Counted from the stretch's first letter, positions 1-12,503 are shown. The stretch is 64,000 bases of DNA from Laetmonice hystrix (GCA_965235115.1 OZ249450.1:15500001-15564000), one strand, 5' to 3'. Made by a program: numbers and translations. The notes: generated from the letters alone by a model not told the origin.

Positions 1-296
1 TATAAACTGCAGGCCATTTTTGGAGCAAAACTCTTAGAAAAAAAAGTTGGGTCTCAACCCTATGAAACATGCTGAAACGTTTATCACTATCAGTTAGATG
101 CTGCACCAGCTTGGTTATAGTTTGAAATGTTGCTGTCCATACGCCAGTATCACCATCATCTCCTATTGAAGACAATATGATACACCTTTGTTTCATTTAA
201 ACTTATGACGATGGATTGTGAAGCACTCTTTTGATTAATGCGTTTTCATGGAAATCTCAGAGATTTTTCACAACTTTTTTTAATCTGTTTGACTAG

Positions 297-490
297 ATAT
301 GCAGTCATTGCCAGTGGTTGTGCCAGCTGTCCCAAGTTGAAGTGTGAACGGCCTGGCTGTGACACCCACTTCTGTTACCACTGTAAGCAGCACTGGCATC
401 CAAACCAAACCTGTGACGCAGCACGGGCCGAACGTGCAGCGCACCTCCGGTCATCTTCCATCTCCTACAGCCACGAATCTAGCTCCCAGA
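297..490 (+). CDS. RNF19: RNF19-type RBR E3 ligase, internal exon (IBR domain C-terminal part)
   Basis: AG acceptor at 295-296 and GTAAGT donor at 491. Translation [43 protein letters not shown] closely matches the IBR region of RNF19A/B as I recall it. Confidence 0.95.
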
Positions 491-955
491 GTAAGTTGTA
501 AGACCGTTGTTTTCACGTTATAGGATTTGAAAGGTGCAATTGTATGAGTGCAGGGAAGGAAACTTGCTTTTTCTAGGAACAGTAACAATGGTTATTGCAA
601 AGTTGCATGTGTTTCTTGATTGGTTCTTGACTGAAGGCTTGTACCACAACCGCATTGCATTTGTCTTGATGGGAAGTCTTGACGTTTGTCAAGGCTATCT
701 GCACGTGTCCCCTTTGTAACATTTCTCTGGCAAGTCTGGGGTCAGTAAAAAGAATCCTAGACCCAGATTGGAATGTTATTTTCCATTTTAAAGATCTAAG
801 TGTACTGGCATTAGCTATTTAGTAACTTCAAAGTGTGTGGTGTAGGACAGAGTTTGATATCAAAATATTAATGATCCTGTGTTTTGATTTAATGACTTGG
901 GTCAGCATTTTATATGATAAGGAAATGATCAAATCATCATATTATCTTTTACCAG

Positions 956-1097
956 ATGAGATCAAGCCCTGCCCACGATGTGGGGCGTTTATTATCAAGA
1001 TGGACGACGGGTCATGTAATCACATGACGTGTGCAGTCTGTGGAGCCGAGTTCTGTTGGCTCTGTATGAAGGAAATATCTGACTTGCATTATCTGAG
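956..1097 (+). CDS. RNF19: RNF19 exon, RING2 (Rcat) domain
   Basis: accag acceptor and GTAAGT donor. [46 protein letters not shown] contains the RING2 catalytic CNHMTC motif. Phase fits both neighbours. Confidence 0.97.
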
Positions 1098-1342
1098 GTA
1101 AGTCAACTTATCTGACTTGCATAATCTGAGGTAAGTCAACTTACCACTGTGATTCATATCTTGACAGTTCAGAAATTATAATGCATCTTTGGACAGACAT
1201 AAAATATGCTTAATAAAAAAAAAATATAAAAAAAAGTTGGCATTTCTGTTAGGTGATTTTATTAATTTTAGGAGGAAAGATTGTGAGAAAATATACAAGA
1301 CGTACAAGAAGTACTAAATTATGTCTAACTGGTCTATTACAG

Positions 1343-1505
1343 CCCGTCTGGGTGCACATTCTGGGGCAAGAAGCCGTGGTCGCGGAAGAAGAAGATACTC
1401 TGGCAGTTAGGCACATTGGTTGGAGCACCTGTAGGTATCAGCCTCGTGGCTGGAATCGCTGTGCCTGCCATGATTATTGGCATACCTGTCTGGGTGGGTC
1501 GCAAG
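1343..1505 (+). CDS. RNF19: RNF19 exon, end of RING2 and first hydrophobic segment
   Basis: [54 protein letters not shown], bounded by tacag and GTAAGA. Confidence 0.96.
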
Positions 1506-1710
1506 GTAAGAATGTTAGAGATTCGTTTAGTCTATTATGTTACAAATACCAGACCTTATGACCAGGCATTGTATGACCTTCTTTGTGTGTGTTCCTGTGT
1601 ATTTTGTGTTTTCACTAATGTATCTCTTAGTTCCAGGGCCGTTAACTTGCACAAAGCAAAATCCAACCATTTGCACAACTGCTCATTGATATAACTTTCT
1701 TACTCAACAG

Positions 1711-1819
1711 TTACACGCAAAGTATGAACATGCACCCAAGCACAAGCGCAACCTTGTGATCACCGGAGGAGTTTCAGCATCCATTCTCATTTCCCCCATT
1801 CTTGCTGGATTTGCTGTTG
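1711..1819 (+). CDS. RNF19: RNF19 exon (absent from the ORF track)
   Basis: caacag acceptor and GTAGGT donor. LHAKYEHAPKHKRNLVITGGVSASILISPILAGFAV matches the RNF19 KHKRNL..GGV segment. Phase 0 in, phase 1 out. Confidence 0.93.
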
Positions 1820-2017
1820 GTAGGTAGAGTTGGTTTCTACTATTTTAATTTAAAATGTTAAACTTCTGTTTTCTCCATACTTAAATATGAAATAATTAAA
1901 TATTTCCTGGTGTACATTGGTAGTATGGGATGAAAACAAAGGAAATATCTTTTTGGCTGATATTTGTAAAAACATTGTTGAAGGTCATTTGGTATTATTT
2001 TGCTTTGTTTCATCTAG

Positions 2018-2185
2018 GTATTGGTGTGCCCATCCTCCTTGCATACGTGTATGGTGTGGTGCCCATCTCGCTGTGCCGTAGTGGTGGATGTGGGGTCACC
2101 ACCACAAACAAAGGGGGAGTACGCTTTGAATTTGATGATGACAATGATGTCACAGTGGGGGTGTCTGGCCCCTATACTGGTACAG
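2018..2185 (+). CDS. RNF19: RNF19 exon, second hydrophobic segment
   Basis: [27 protein letters not shown]...[11 protein letters not shown], bounded by ctag and GTAAGT. Confidence 0.96.
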
Positions 2186-2586
2186 GTAAGTTTTTCTATC
2201 TCCTGGTATTTATGGTGCAAGTCTAGTTTTGTACTTGAATGTTTGAAATTATCATCCAAGCATTTCTTTGTGTCAGTAATTTGCCCAGTAGTATCAATTG
2301 TAATATTGTTGATAGAGTTTCAAGTACATGATATGTCATTCTATTTTGAAAGATTTTTTGTAGCAGGAATGTGTCAAGGGGTTCTCGTGCAAAACCAAAT
2401 CCCGAATCTGGTACCTGAACGTTGTAGGCTTGTGTCCTGTACATAACTCTCATTGATTAGTTAAACCCTAACCTAGCCTTACCAGTCTATGCCTTGATGA
2501 CCTAACCCACATTTTGAGAGAATAACCCTTAAACCTTGCCGTCAAGACTCTGTCCCTTTATTAACCTGGCTGGTGGACTCTTTCAG

Positions 2587-2836
2587 CTGGCGATGGCCAC
2601 AGTGTGGAGACGGCCAGCCACAACATTGCCAACCCGAGCATTGGCCCAAGTATCGGCGAGATGTCCATGGGAATGACCAACAGCCTCAGTGCTAGTGGCA
2701 GCCATATTGACCGCGTGGGTGCCATCCGTGATGAAAGTGACCGAGATTCGGCCAGCAATCGAGCTCTTGCCAGCGCCAGTCTGAATGGATCCCTGTCAGG
2801 CAGTGCTGTGGCAGGACCTAGTGGCTTCCAAAACAG
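2587..2836 (+). CDS. RNF19: RNF19 exon, Ser/Gly-rich region
   Basis: NPSIG...SLSASGSHIDRVGAIRD...ALASASLNGSLSGSA matches RNF19A SLSASGSHMDRIGAIRD. Bounded by tttcag and GTACTG. Confidence 0.94.
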
Positions 2837-2987
2837 GTACTGACTGTAATAGTACACTGTGAATTCGTTTGTAATCTGTATTCATAATGGTTGGGTTCTC
2901 AAGAAGTGTCTAGTCATAGGATTGATAATTTTGTCAGAGATGATATTGCACAAAGACTAAGTGCACATTGTGGTTGTGTTTTTTTAG

Positions 2988-3149
2988 GTTGGAAGTTCAT
3001 GCTGACATCTCAACGAACCCAGCCACACACAAGAGAAATAGTTTGAGCAGCGAGTCAGCAACCATCAGTCTGGATGCCAAGTCAGCTACAGTATCGTTTG
3101 GTGGTGATGATGCTAGTACAAAGGCGCTGGCAGGATCCATATGTAACAG
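2988..3149 (+). CDS. RNF19: RNF19 penultimate coding exon
   Basis: RLEVHADI...DDASTKALAGSICN matches RNF19A RLEVQADV...DNASTKAMAGSI. Bounded by ttttag and GTAATA; ends in phase 2. Confidence 0.93.
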
Positions 3150-3200
3150 GTAATAACTTGAGGTTATCCTTTACTTCGTCATGTGATTGGATCGATTTTC

Positions 3201-3502
3201 AGGGATCTCTCTAGGATAGAATTTAAGCACTCACTGTCAGCGCATTACCATGGGAGGCGGCCCTGCTGCAGCGACCGCAGGTCGCTGCCACGCCGACCAA
3301 AGATCGGCGCGGGGGAGGATGCGGTAGGGGTGTCCCCCCTCCCATTGGTGGGGTCTGGAAAATCCCATGAAAGTTTTGATGTTTTGGTGCCCATAGGCGA
3401 ATTCTGGTGCATTCTGAGAGTAAAATTGGAATCAAAGTCGGCAGAAATACAAATGTGTCGGCAATAATTTAAGCGTGTCGCGCTCGACAAAGTGAGGTCC
3501 CT
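3201..3502. mobile_element. Possible MITE inside the last RNF19 intron
   Basis: GC-rich block in an AT-rich intron, bounded by near-inverted ends AGGGATCTC (3201-3209) and GAGGTCCCT (3494-3502), with an internal GGGGTGTCCCCCCT motif. No TSD confirmed. Confidence 0.4.
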
Positions 3503-3597
3503 TGATTTTATAGAGGTGTAGATTAAAGAATTCATTGAGGTAGTTTGTAATGATTTAAGCGTAATTTTTCTAAGTGGAAGCTTGTGTGTAATTGTAG

Positions 3598-4249
3598 TCG
3601 TTCCCGGCACGAAAGTGGCAGCAGCAACCAAACACATGATATGACGAGCGTCAATCGTGCTGGATCACCAACGTCCGGTCGCAGTGTCAACTTTGAGGAC
3701 TCGTGTCTGGTAAGCCACGGGAGCCGAAGTAAGAGGTACAAACGTCACAGTCTGAGTGTAGGGGATCGCATACATGAACATGCGGAGTGCAGCCCGGAGA
3801 GGCTGAGCGTACGCAGTCTCACCACAGACGAAGGCATGATGCAGATGGCCGTAGCCCAAGTCGATGTGAATGCCAACAACAACAAAACCACATTGCCATG
3901 GTTACAGGAGGCAGGCAGTCCATCCTCTCACAGCAGCGTCTCCTTCGACAGTTCGTCATCGTCCCACCAGAGTGCGTTAGGGGCAACGGGTGGGTCTCCG
4001 TTGGATCTACCGGAAGTGGACAGCGATCGGCCAGTGATGTACATGGTGCATCCACTGTCTGCGGACAATGTCTCGGGCGAGTCGAGCACAGATACAGCAA
4101 CGACGGCCACCAGTACCGACCTCCTTCATAAATGTGATTCGGTCTCAGAGTCGTCGGTTTCGGAGGATGGAGAGCGTACGATTTGTAGGAGACGAGGGAG
4201 CTGTGAACGTGCGTGTCAGAATGGGCGTTTATCTCCTAACCTGTCTTAA
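3598..4249 (+). CDS. RNF19: RNF19 terminal coding exon (Ser-rich, likely disordered tail)
   Basis: ttgtag acceptor at 3596-3597, phase-2 compatible, open to TAA at 4247-4249. The eight visible exons sum to 1840 nt, i.e. 1 leading base plus 613 codons including the stop. Confidence 0.85.
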
Positions 4250-7200
4250 CACAACCTACTGATGTATGAGTACTCCGAAAGCTTCAATAGCAGATCTTTA
4301 TAATGTGCTGCATTGCATTATCTATTTTCCCTTCCTTCCTTATGCTGTCCTAGTACTAAAACCCCATACCAATACATATACGGTCTTACAAGTCTCCCCT
4401 TTCATGTAGCACTTCAGTAACTTAACAAATACTTATAAAATCTGAATGTATGCATGATGCATGCTTTAGATGTTACTGGCCCATGTCTGCACAAGAAGTG
4501 CTAATAATGATAAGGGATTTGATAGGAATATAAAAATTTAAATTACATAGTCTTATATTTAGGTAAGCATCCTTTGCCTCACCGTAAATATACTTCCCAT
4601 GTATATAGGCCTCAAATCAGGTACATGTATTGTCATTAGTATTTTATAGTTAGCTTAAAGTGCCAATCCGATACTAAAAAACTACTAGAGTGATGCAAAA
4701 ATGAGCGGAAAGGGTGTGCTCTCTGCACCCATCAGTATTTAGAAGACCTTGAAGCGTAACAGCGTATTATTTGTGTCAATGTTGGCAGCCAGTTTCAACC
4801 TAGGAGGCCAGGAGGGCTGTAGATCTTTCTGCATTTTCATTTGGTTTAGGCCCACTTATTGGAAGCTTACTGGTGCATTTGTATCCGCGGACAGAGAAGT
4901 TGAGACCATATCTAGTTTATGTAGATTACAGGAATCATTGAAGAACTTGTGGCATAAATACTTGTAAGTCCTTGGCCAGTAGCTGCAGACCGAAATCGTG
5001 TAGCTTAGTAATGACCCAGTGTAGGGATCCATTTGAAATGGCACGTTTTGAGGTTTTGTAGGAGGTGTGGCAAAGTGTGATTATTCACTTTTGAAATGTT
5101 AGCTAGTTCGAGAAGCAGGTCTGGTCTGTGGTCTAAGTAGTAGCCATAGCTTATTATATTTGTCATATCAAGTTTAAATGCTTCAAAGTTGTATTTTTTT
5201 AAACTTTCATTTCAAGAAAGCTTTATACATGATTTATGGCTGGGAAGAAACCACTGAAGCTAAACTAGATTAGGGGAGCAGGATATTTTAGTTTTAAAAG
5301 ATTCGCATTCCTATTTTCAGCTGTTTGGCATTTTTGTACCCATTGAGAATTGTCAGCGTTAAGCGGATGAAGTTTGGCAGGTTTTACCGTCCAGACCGTA
5401 TGTAGCCCCCTGATTTTGAGAGTTGGAACAGGTTATGTCCTCTCAGACGAACAGGTCAGCACAAATAGGGCCTCCTCACAGAAGTCTGGAAATCTTGAAT
5501 CCTGTTGATAAGCTTGTCGGCTTCTTAGATCTCCATTCAACATGTTTCTATTCAAGGAAAACTCAAAGGTGCAATGATTGGTCATCTGTGTGAATTTTCT
5601 CTGCATTTGTAAAATAATCCAGATTGTAATGTTCTTCGACATAAGGTAGTCTAACTATTAGAGGACTTACAATTTGACATGGAAAGAGGACTTGTTGCCA
5701 CAGCGGCATGCAATAATTGCCTATCTACACCTGGCATGAAGACAATAGGCTGATATCCTAGCAGACCAACGTACTGGGCAGATAAAATAAGTGGTATTAT
5801 TCATATTAATCTCATAGCAAACCTATCATACGTGTCTTAATCCATGTTAATCTCAGAGAAAACTCATAGTTTTATCCATCATAATCTCATAACAGTAATA
5901 AGGAAACCCTTCCAATATTATTGAAAGAATTTCCATATATTAATGTATTAGAAGGTCGATACTAACATTAAACAAGATGTTATACATATTAATCTCTTAG
6001 CAAAGCCATAGAAATAGAATATTTATTCCTTATAAATACTCTGATGTCAGCAATACAAATATATATTGATGGCGTGGATACAGATTGTGCGAACCAGTCT
6101 AGCAACAAACTCATTTAGATAAACTTGCCAAGTGACTGATAAAAAATCGGCGCCAGTCTTGTCCAAATTTACAAATGAAAATTCATGCAACGAATTCCCC
6201 AGCGACCATATTTATCCTTTGTGCACTGTCCCGTGTAACGGTAGAATGGCATGATACCTAACTTAAGTTAGAGTAGGAGAATGAATAGCGCCAGGGGTAT
6301 GTTGTGTGTTGCCTGAGTGACACCTTTGTAGGAAAACATCAACTTTGCATGAATAGGAATGTACTGATAAGTTTCAAGTAGACTAGTGTGCTAAGTTTGA
6401 TCAAAGAACGTCAGATAATTATTTGACGTTCTTTGGTTGAATTCTCAAGTTACGGGATGCAGATCATTGTATTGGTACATTTGGCATTTAGGGCTCTCTT
6501 CCAGTTCGTTGACTGACATTGTAAGAAGTTGACATTCAATTGATTCATCCAGAGCTCCTCTTGCAACCAGGTGGAAGGCTCGATATAGGTTGTGTGACAA
6601 TGTGTGCCGTGTGTGTCGGTTACAACCAGCAGTAAAGACATCACTGTACAGGGTATCCCACATGTCGAGGCCCTGAGAGAAACACCGGCTCCTCATCAGT
6701 ATTGGTGTCACATATTAATACCTGGAAAAATTGAGTAGTCTCGTGTATGAATTGAGACGCTAAAAATGGTATTTGCAAGAGAGAAAGTTTAACGGAATGT
6801 CTTTTTCAAAAGGGGTTTAGATGTTTGGGACACCCTGCAAAAAATTCCGACAAAGGCATGTAGATATTTTCAAGATTCCTGATGGCAGAAGCCAGATTTC
6901 GTTGTTTCTGTTTCCATTAGTAGTTGGAGCATGGGTAGAATAATTTATGTTATGTTGCCCATGATTTAAGCTTCGGATTCTATGGTTTTATGTTTCAGTG
7001 GGAGACCTGACCAGTCTTGGACCTGGGTGGAGAATTACTCGACTGTGAAGGTTAATAAATAGAGTTAATGTAAGGTTGGAGTGTACCTAGGTATACTGCA
7101 TGCTGGTGGTGAATAGTCTATTGAAGGAACGAATAATTGTTTAATTATAATGTGCAGATGTTGAAGACTGCGAACGTTTTCCAAGACGTTTACAGTTGCC

Positions 7201-10200
7201 AACGTTACCAGGTTATCCACAGATTGTCAAAGAAGGCTGTGCCCTCTGGCGAGAGTCGTAGGAAACATTCCGGCAGTAAGCGCTAGGAGTCTCGAGCATC
7301 AGTGCGCACCCCCCGACAGCCATTTGTGTTTCCGTTTATATTGTTTTCAATGTCGCAAGTAGCAACCACTAGCATGTAGTATAGTTTAGGAGTTTAGTTA
7401 TGCAGTTACAAACGTTACAGATATTCGTTGAAAGTTGGTTACTTGGAAGCGTTTCATGTTTAAAGCCACTTAATTTTTTCGAACTGAAGGTAAACGTGAA
7501 AATATCTAATGTGTGTGTGGGCCAGATTAACATCCTGTTTAGTTAATCACATTGTATACAGATATTGGACGGACGGTTCATGTATTGTGATAGACGTTGT
7601 TTTCTATGTGTATATATGGGCTGTGTGTGAGCGTCGGTTTGACCTCTGACCTGCTGAATGTCGGCTGTTAGTTTCTATCATGCATACGACTTCACTGTCT
7701 GGATGAGATATCGCACATCATAAGTGACGTTAACTGCACACTTTACTAGATATTCTTTGCAATCTTGAATATTGAACCTGATTTGGGGGGGGGGGGTGTT
7801 TGAAAGAAAATCATAGATCCTTAGAACAAGGATAGCATTTTACTGTGTTTCCCAACAGTGAAGAATATTTTGCAAGCAGTAAGACAACGAAGACACATAT
7901 GGCCGATACTGCACCGGAAAAAAATCGATTAAACGAATTCACTCACTAATGGAGAGTAGGCATGGAATGACTCTCACTGTCTTGTACTTATAAATGGTGA
8001 TGGAGAAATGCAATGCAGGAATGAGGTTAAGTCTCCGCGTTTTTCTCAAAATCCGCCAGGGGGAGTTACTAGTGCTGCCCTCTGGTAGGAAGCGTCTGAA
8101 CTGAGGAGCTCATGCGCACAACGGATTTGAGACCATTTTTCAGAACTGTGATATTGACTTTCTGTATCAAACAGTATACTGCATACACGCATTTGGCGAA
8201 CACATGTTTTTTTTGGATACAGTTAAAGAAATCAAACCGACTTAGTTTGCCCTGTGCGGCGTGCACTGACCTTTAACGTGTTTTACGTTTATGTATGGTC
8301 ATACATTAACCCAATTGTACACGCTTTGCGACCTTATGCATTGTAGTGCTATACAAGTATTCTTTTTAAACTATGATACCAGTCATTGTATTATTCGTAC
8401 TGTTCAGCAATGCGGTGGAGTTAGTGTGAAAAAAGTATGCTTTTTGTATTGTTGTCGAGCGATACTTGGCCAGCACACGGCAGTGTATAATATGATTATG
8501 AATGAGAAATAGGTACATGTGTATGCTGTATGTTTCTTAAATTTCTCTTTTAAACTCTCTGCGTATGTGCGTGTGTGGTTATCTTTCCTAGTATCTTTCT
8601 ATCTGGCAGGGTCTTTGATTTGCAGAAAAAATACTGGACCATGGTCTTAGCCCTGCTTTGCTAACTTCAGTGGCCTACCAGAAGTTTCACTAAAATTCGC
8701 GAGCTTTCGGGTAACTCAATATAACAAAAACTCAGTCGGTCACAATTTCTTTGCAAGTAGCTCGAATGGCATCCACACTTAATGTTCACTGCAAAAGACG
8801 AAGGGCGGCAATAGATGCATGACTGGACATGAGTGTACGGTCTTAATTGTATGATTGTGTCTTTAATTCACGGAAGTCCTAGAGTTAGGTATTGCCCGTT
8901 GCTTATTCGTGAACGCGGAGGTTAGGTGTATTGTTTGACAGAATGTTGTAGATATTTCTGAGCAGTATGAATGCTATAGTCGCATTTCGCGCTATTGCAT
9001 TCCTAAACTATATATATGTATAGATGTTCCTTGGCATTTACTGTGATACTTTAGCTCGGATTTGTGTGGATATGTACTGCTAGGCTAGCTGGTGTACTGT
9101 GGGGTGGTTTTGTTGTATGGAACTACCATCTCAATCCTGGTGCTTGGCTTGCCAGCTGTGCGCTTCTGTTTATACAGTATTTATCTGTGTACCCAGGTAA
9201 AAACATTTATTTTATAGCATAGACAACACATACAATACAAGCAACATGCATGCGATATACCAGTAACCGTAGAGAAATAGCAGGCGACATACCTGCAGGA
9301 GAAAATAACATTAAAATATATTGATAATATCGTTCACACTAAACGTCTAAAGGCAAGAGCGCCTTAGGCGAACTTACTCAGTTTGGATAACTCATACTCG
9401 TTTACAAAGTGCTCTAGTTGAAAAGGTGGTTTGAGAAGGTTTCACAATCCGGCTAAGGTTCTGTGGTAATATCTGTTTGAAGGGGAATTGTCCAGGGCGG
9501 CTAGGTGTTGGTGAAATAGTCTCCATTATATGGGAGCTGGTTATACATAGTAGTGATCGGTATTGCAAAAGATCGCGACCCGACCCTAAGTGGTATGCTA
9601 GACTAGGCACAGGATCCGAGCTTTGGATCTGGTCGCCCGTCCTCTCCGCGGTATGCAATAAGTAGGTGTGATGAGTTGGATAATCTTTATCCACATTCCC
9701 AGGAGTTGAATGTTGGTTCCATTTGTTGCCATAATCATTGTGTTGTTGACCAGATCATTTCTATGATTAGAGCAATCCCGCAAGGAAAAGAAAGAACATT
9801 TTGTTGAGATGCGGTTTCGTCTTGAGAGAGAAGGGAAGTCGTTTATTTGGTATTTCTTGAATAACTTCAGATAGAGGGTTTCAGATATCCTATCTTGGTT
9901 AATTTCTGTAAGTGTCTGTTGATTGATACGCGTTGTATATCCATCATATGTTGTGCATCTGGAACAGGCAAACAAGCTACATATAAACCTAGAAGTAGAG
10001 CATACGATGTACAATGTTAGCAGGCCAAGGTTCCTCGCATGATTTTTTACCTAAGTGAAACCTAATGAAGTAGTGTTATAGTTCCGTTTCCATAGTTTGT
10101 GAGGCTTGCATTGTTATGTCACGTACGTGATATAAAGAAGCGCAGGTGTATAGCCAGCTACCTGGCCTTGAGACGTTTGCGTACAGTGATATTGAGTAGC

Positions 10201-10812
10201 GCAGTCGTTGTCGGTATGAATCAAACCTTGGAGATGATTTAGTTAACCGTTTTGATGTTTAGTGTTCGTCCACACAGGATCGTCAATATTGATAGTCTTG
10301 GTGCTACTTAATGTCCATCAATATATAATATTATACGCGTACGTACTTAGACGAGCGCGTATATATTATGATATGTACGTGTCCTAGCGTCTGGCTGGAA
10401 ATCCTTTGCTGCCGTTTTCTCCGGAAAACCTGGGTCTGTTTCACTGCGGCCTGCCCACCACCACGTGTCAACTACCACTAGTATGTAAACCATTTTGTAT
10501 AAGATTATATTGTTGAAAATATTAAAACACTTGCCGTGTTGTTTTTAATTGATCCCAATTTCCCCAGAGTTTGGATTCCCAGGTAGCTATATGATGAGGT
10601 GATCAAAATGAGCGGGAGCGGGAAGTATTACCAAACGAGAAATTGAGCCACCTAAGTCTCATGACATAAGCCCCAATTCTATATTATATTAGGATATAAT
10701 ATTATCTCCTACTCATGCAAGTAGTTGTATAACTATGGGGTGTTGCTTAAGTATTGGGCTTAGAATGGCATTCAAAATAAGTGTATTTAGAAGGGGCTAA
10801 TCATGCCTTATG

Positions 10813-11759
10813 GGATTACCCCCGCTAGCCCCCCGCCCGCTAGCCCCCCGTTTAGACAAGGCCGAAGGTGTGAGAAATCTGTGCCGGTAGCCCCCCGCTC
10901 GGCTGTTCCACTCCCTAACACTACCCCCCCCCACACACACACACACCACTGAGGCGTGGACGGAGTTAGGTGGGGGGGGGGGGGTCAACGGCGGGACTTG
11001 GCGGTTCATATGCTGCCGATGCAGGCAGGTCAGCCAGCCCCCAAAAGAAAGAAAAAGTATTGACTCTCGATTGTACCAGTGCTTAGACTATGATATGCAT
11101 GAATGATGGAGTCCTGTACGAAGGCGGTTGGCCATATGATGGACAATACTACTGGTACTAAGTAAGGCAGTGGTTGAGTGTATAACTGTGATTCTAACTA
11201 ACACAGTAATACAGATTCAGTCCCGTAACACCCGTAATCAGTCATTTATATATCTAGTAACACCCCCTAATTATTTGTCGCTTGCCTTTTAGTTATCTCT
11301 TAACAAAGAACTATACATTACAATGCAAGTTCTTTGCCCTGACCAAAGGCGGATCCAGAGGGGGGCACAGGGGGCACGTGCCCCCCTTTAGCTTCACTAA
11401 TTATAGGCCTACACGGCTATAGCCTACTCATTTTTAATTAATTTTAACACTGACGGTGTGTCTCAGGGAAACCCCGAGCTACTATGTAGGCCTATACCTC
11501 TAAAACTCTCATTCAAGAGTATGAGCTTTAATTAGTGATGCAAACAGTCATGAATTGCTTTTCTGTGCCGCCCCCCCCCCCCCCCCCTTTAGTGAAATCC
11601 TGGATCCGCCAGTGCTGACCGCTGACCACCCCAAATCTCATTAGGGGGTAGTGTCTGATAGTGGAACAGCCGAGCGGGGGGCTAGCGGCACAGATTTCTC
11701 TCACCCTCGGCCCTGTCTAAACGGGGGGCTAGCGGGCGGGGGGCTAGCGGGATGATACC
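10813..11759. mobile_element. Non-autonomous DNA transposon with ~115-bp TIRs and 8-bp TSD (superfamily uncertain)
   Basis: Exact direct repeat GCCTTATG at 10805-10812 and 11760-11767. Imperfect inverted repeats at ~10813-10927 and ~11644-11759 contain CCCGCTAGCCCCCCG sub-repeats. Confidence 0.85.
11348..11610. mobile_element. MITE nested in the 10813-11759 element
   Basis: Perfect inverted ends GGCGGATCCAG (11348-11358) and CTGGATCCGCC (11600-11610), with G/C tracts inside. CTGACC lies on both flanks and may be a TSD. Confidence 0.75.
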
Positions 11760-12142
11760 GCCTTATGTACTATAATAGAGGTCTACAAGCCAGGGAGTCT
11801 ATAATGCAGAGGAAACTAACTCGTAAATGCACTTATAAATGACTCGATGCCTCTTCCTATATCAATTGTCAGATAGTTGCTGAGAATACACTTGAACCGG
11901 AGTAACATGCAGTACAATCGGAAGTTACTTTGGTCGGGTACCAGAAATAAGTTTACACAGGTAACGGAAGTTACAGGAAAAGGAAGTTTCTTTTTGCACT
12001 AGAACCAGAACTGGAAAGATATGCAGTACAGCAGTAAAATATGTAACACAGGAGTCGGAAATTACTACACAGGAACCGGAAGTTGGACATGCAGTGCAGC
12101 CGGAAGTTACTTTTCACAGGAACTGAGAGTTAGGCTACCTTA

Positions 12143-12503
12143 CCCGGATAATTTTTTTTCCCACGTAATTTTTGTTCCCACATTAGTTCCGGACCCCATT
12201 CTAGCTTCAGCCAATCAGTGAACGCCAGACTCTATCGCTCGCGATATGGGACCGAACAGTGTCAGTGAATGTTTCTTATTGACACATCCACTGCTCATCA
12301 ATTAGTGCCTATTTAACAATAATTTTGGGCTATGAAAACTAACACTAACCCTAGGCCTAACCTTTACCCTAACCCAAACACACTGTCTCGCATCTCGCAT
12401 GTCGTCGCCGGTATTCCATAGCCATATGTGTGCCTGTTTCTGATTGGCTGTATGAAAATGGGGGGTCCAGAACTAATGTGGGAAAAAAAATTTCGCGTCC
12501 GGG
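12143..12503. mobile_element. TA-flanked MITE (Tc1/mariner-like)
   Basis: TA|CCCGGA ... TCCGGG|TA. Inverted arms share TTCCCACATTAGTTC and CAGCCAATCAG; CCCTAACC-like repeats lie centrally. Confidence 0.7.

Noticed and set aside
6445-6711. Protein-looking 88-aa minus-strand ORF downstream of RNF19
   Set aside because: GTG start, no recognisable domain and no convincing splice partners; length is within chance expectation.
4250-9200. Extent of the RNF19 3' UTR
   Set aside because: No unambiguous poly(A) site could be assigned from sequence alone, so it is not reported as a feature.
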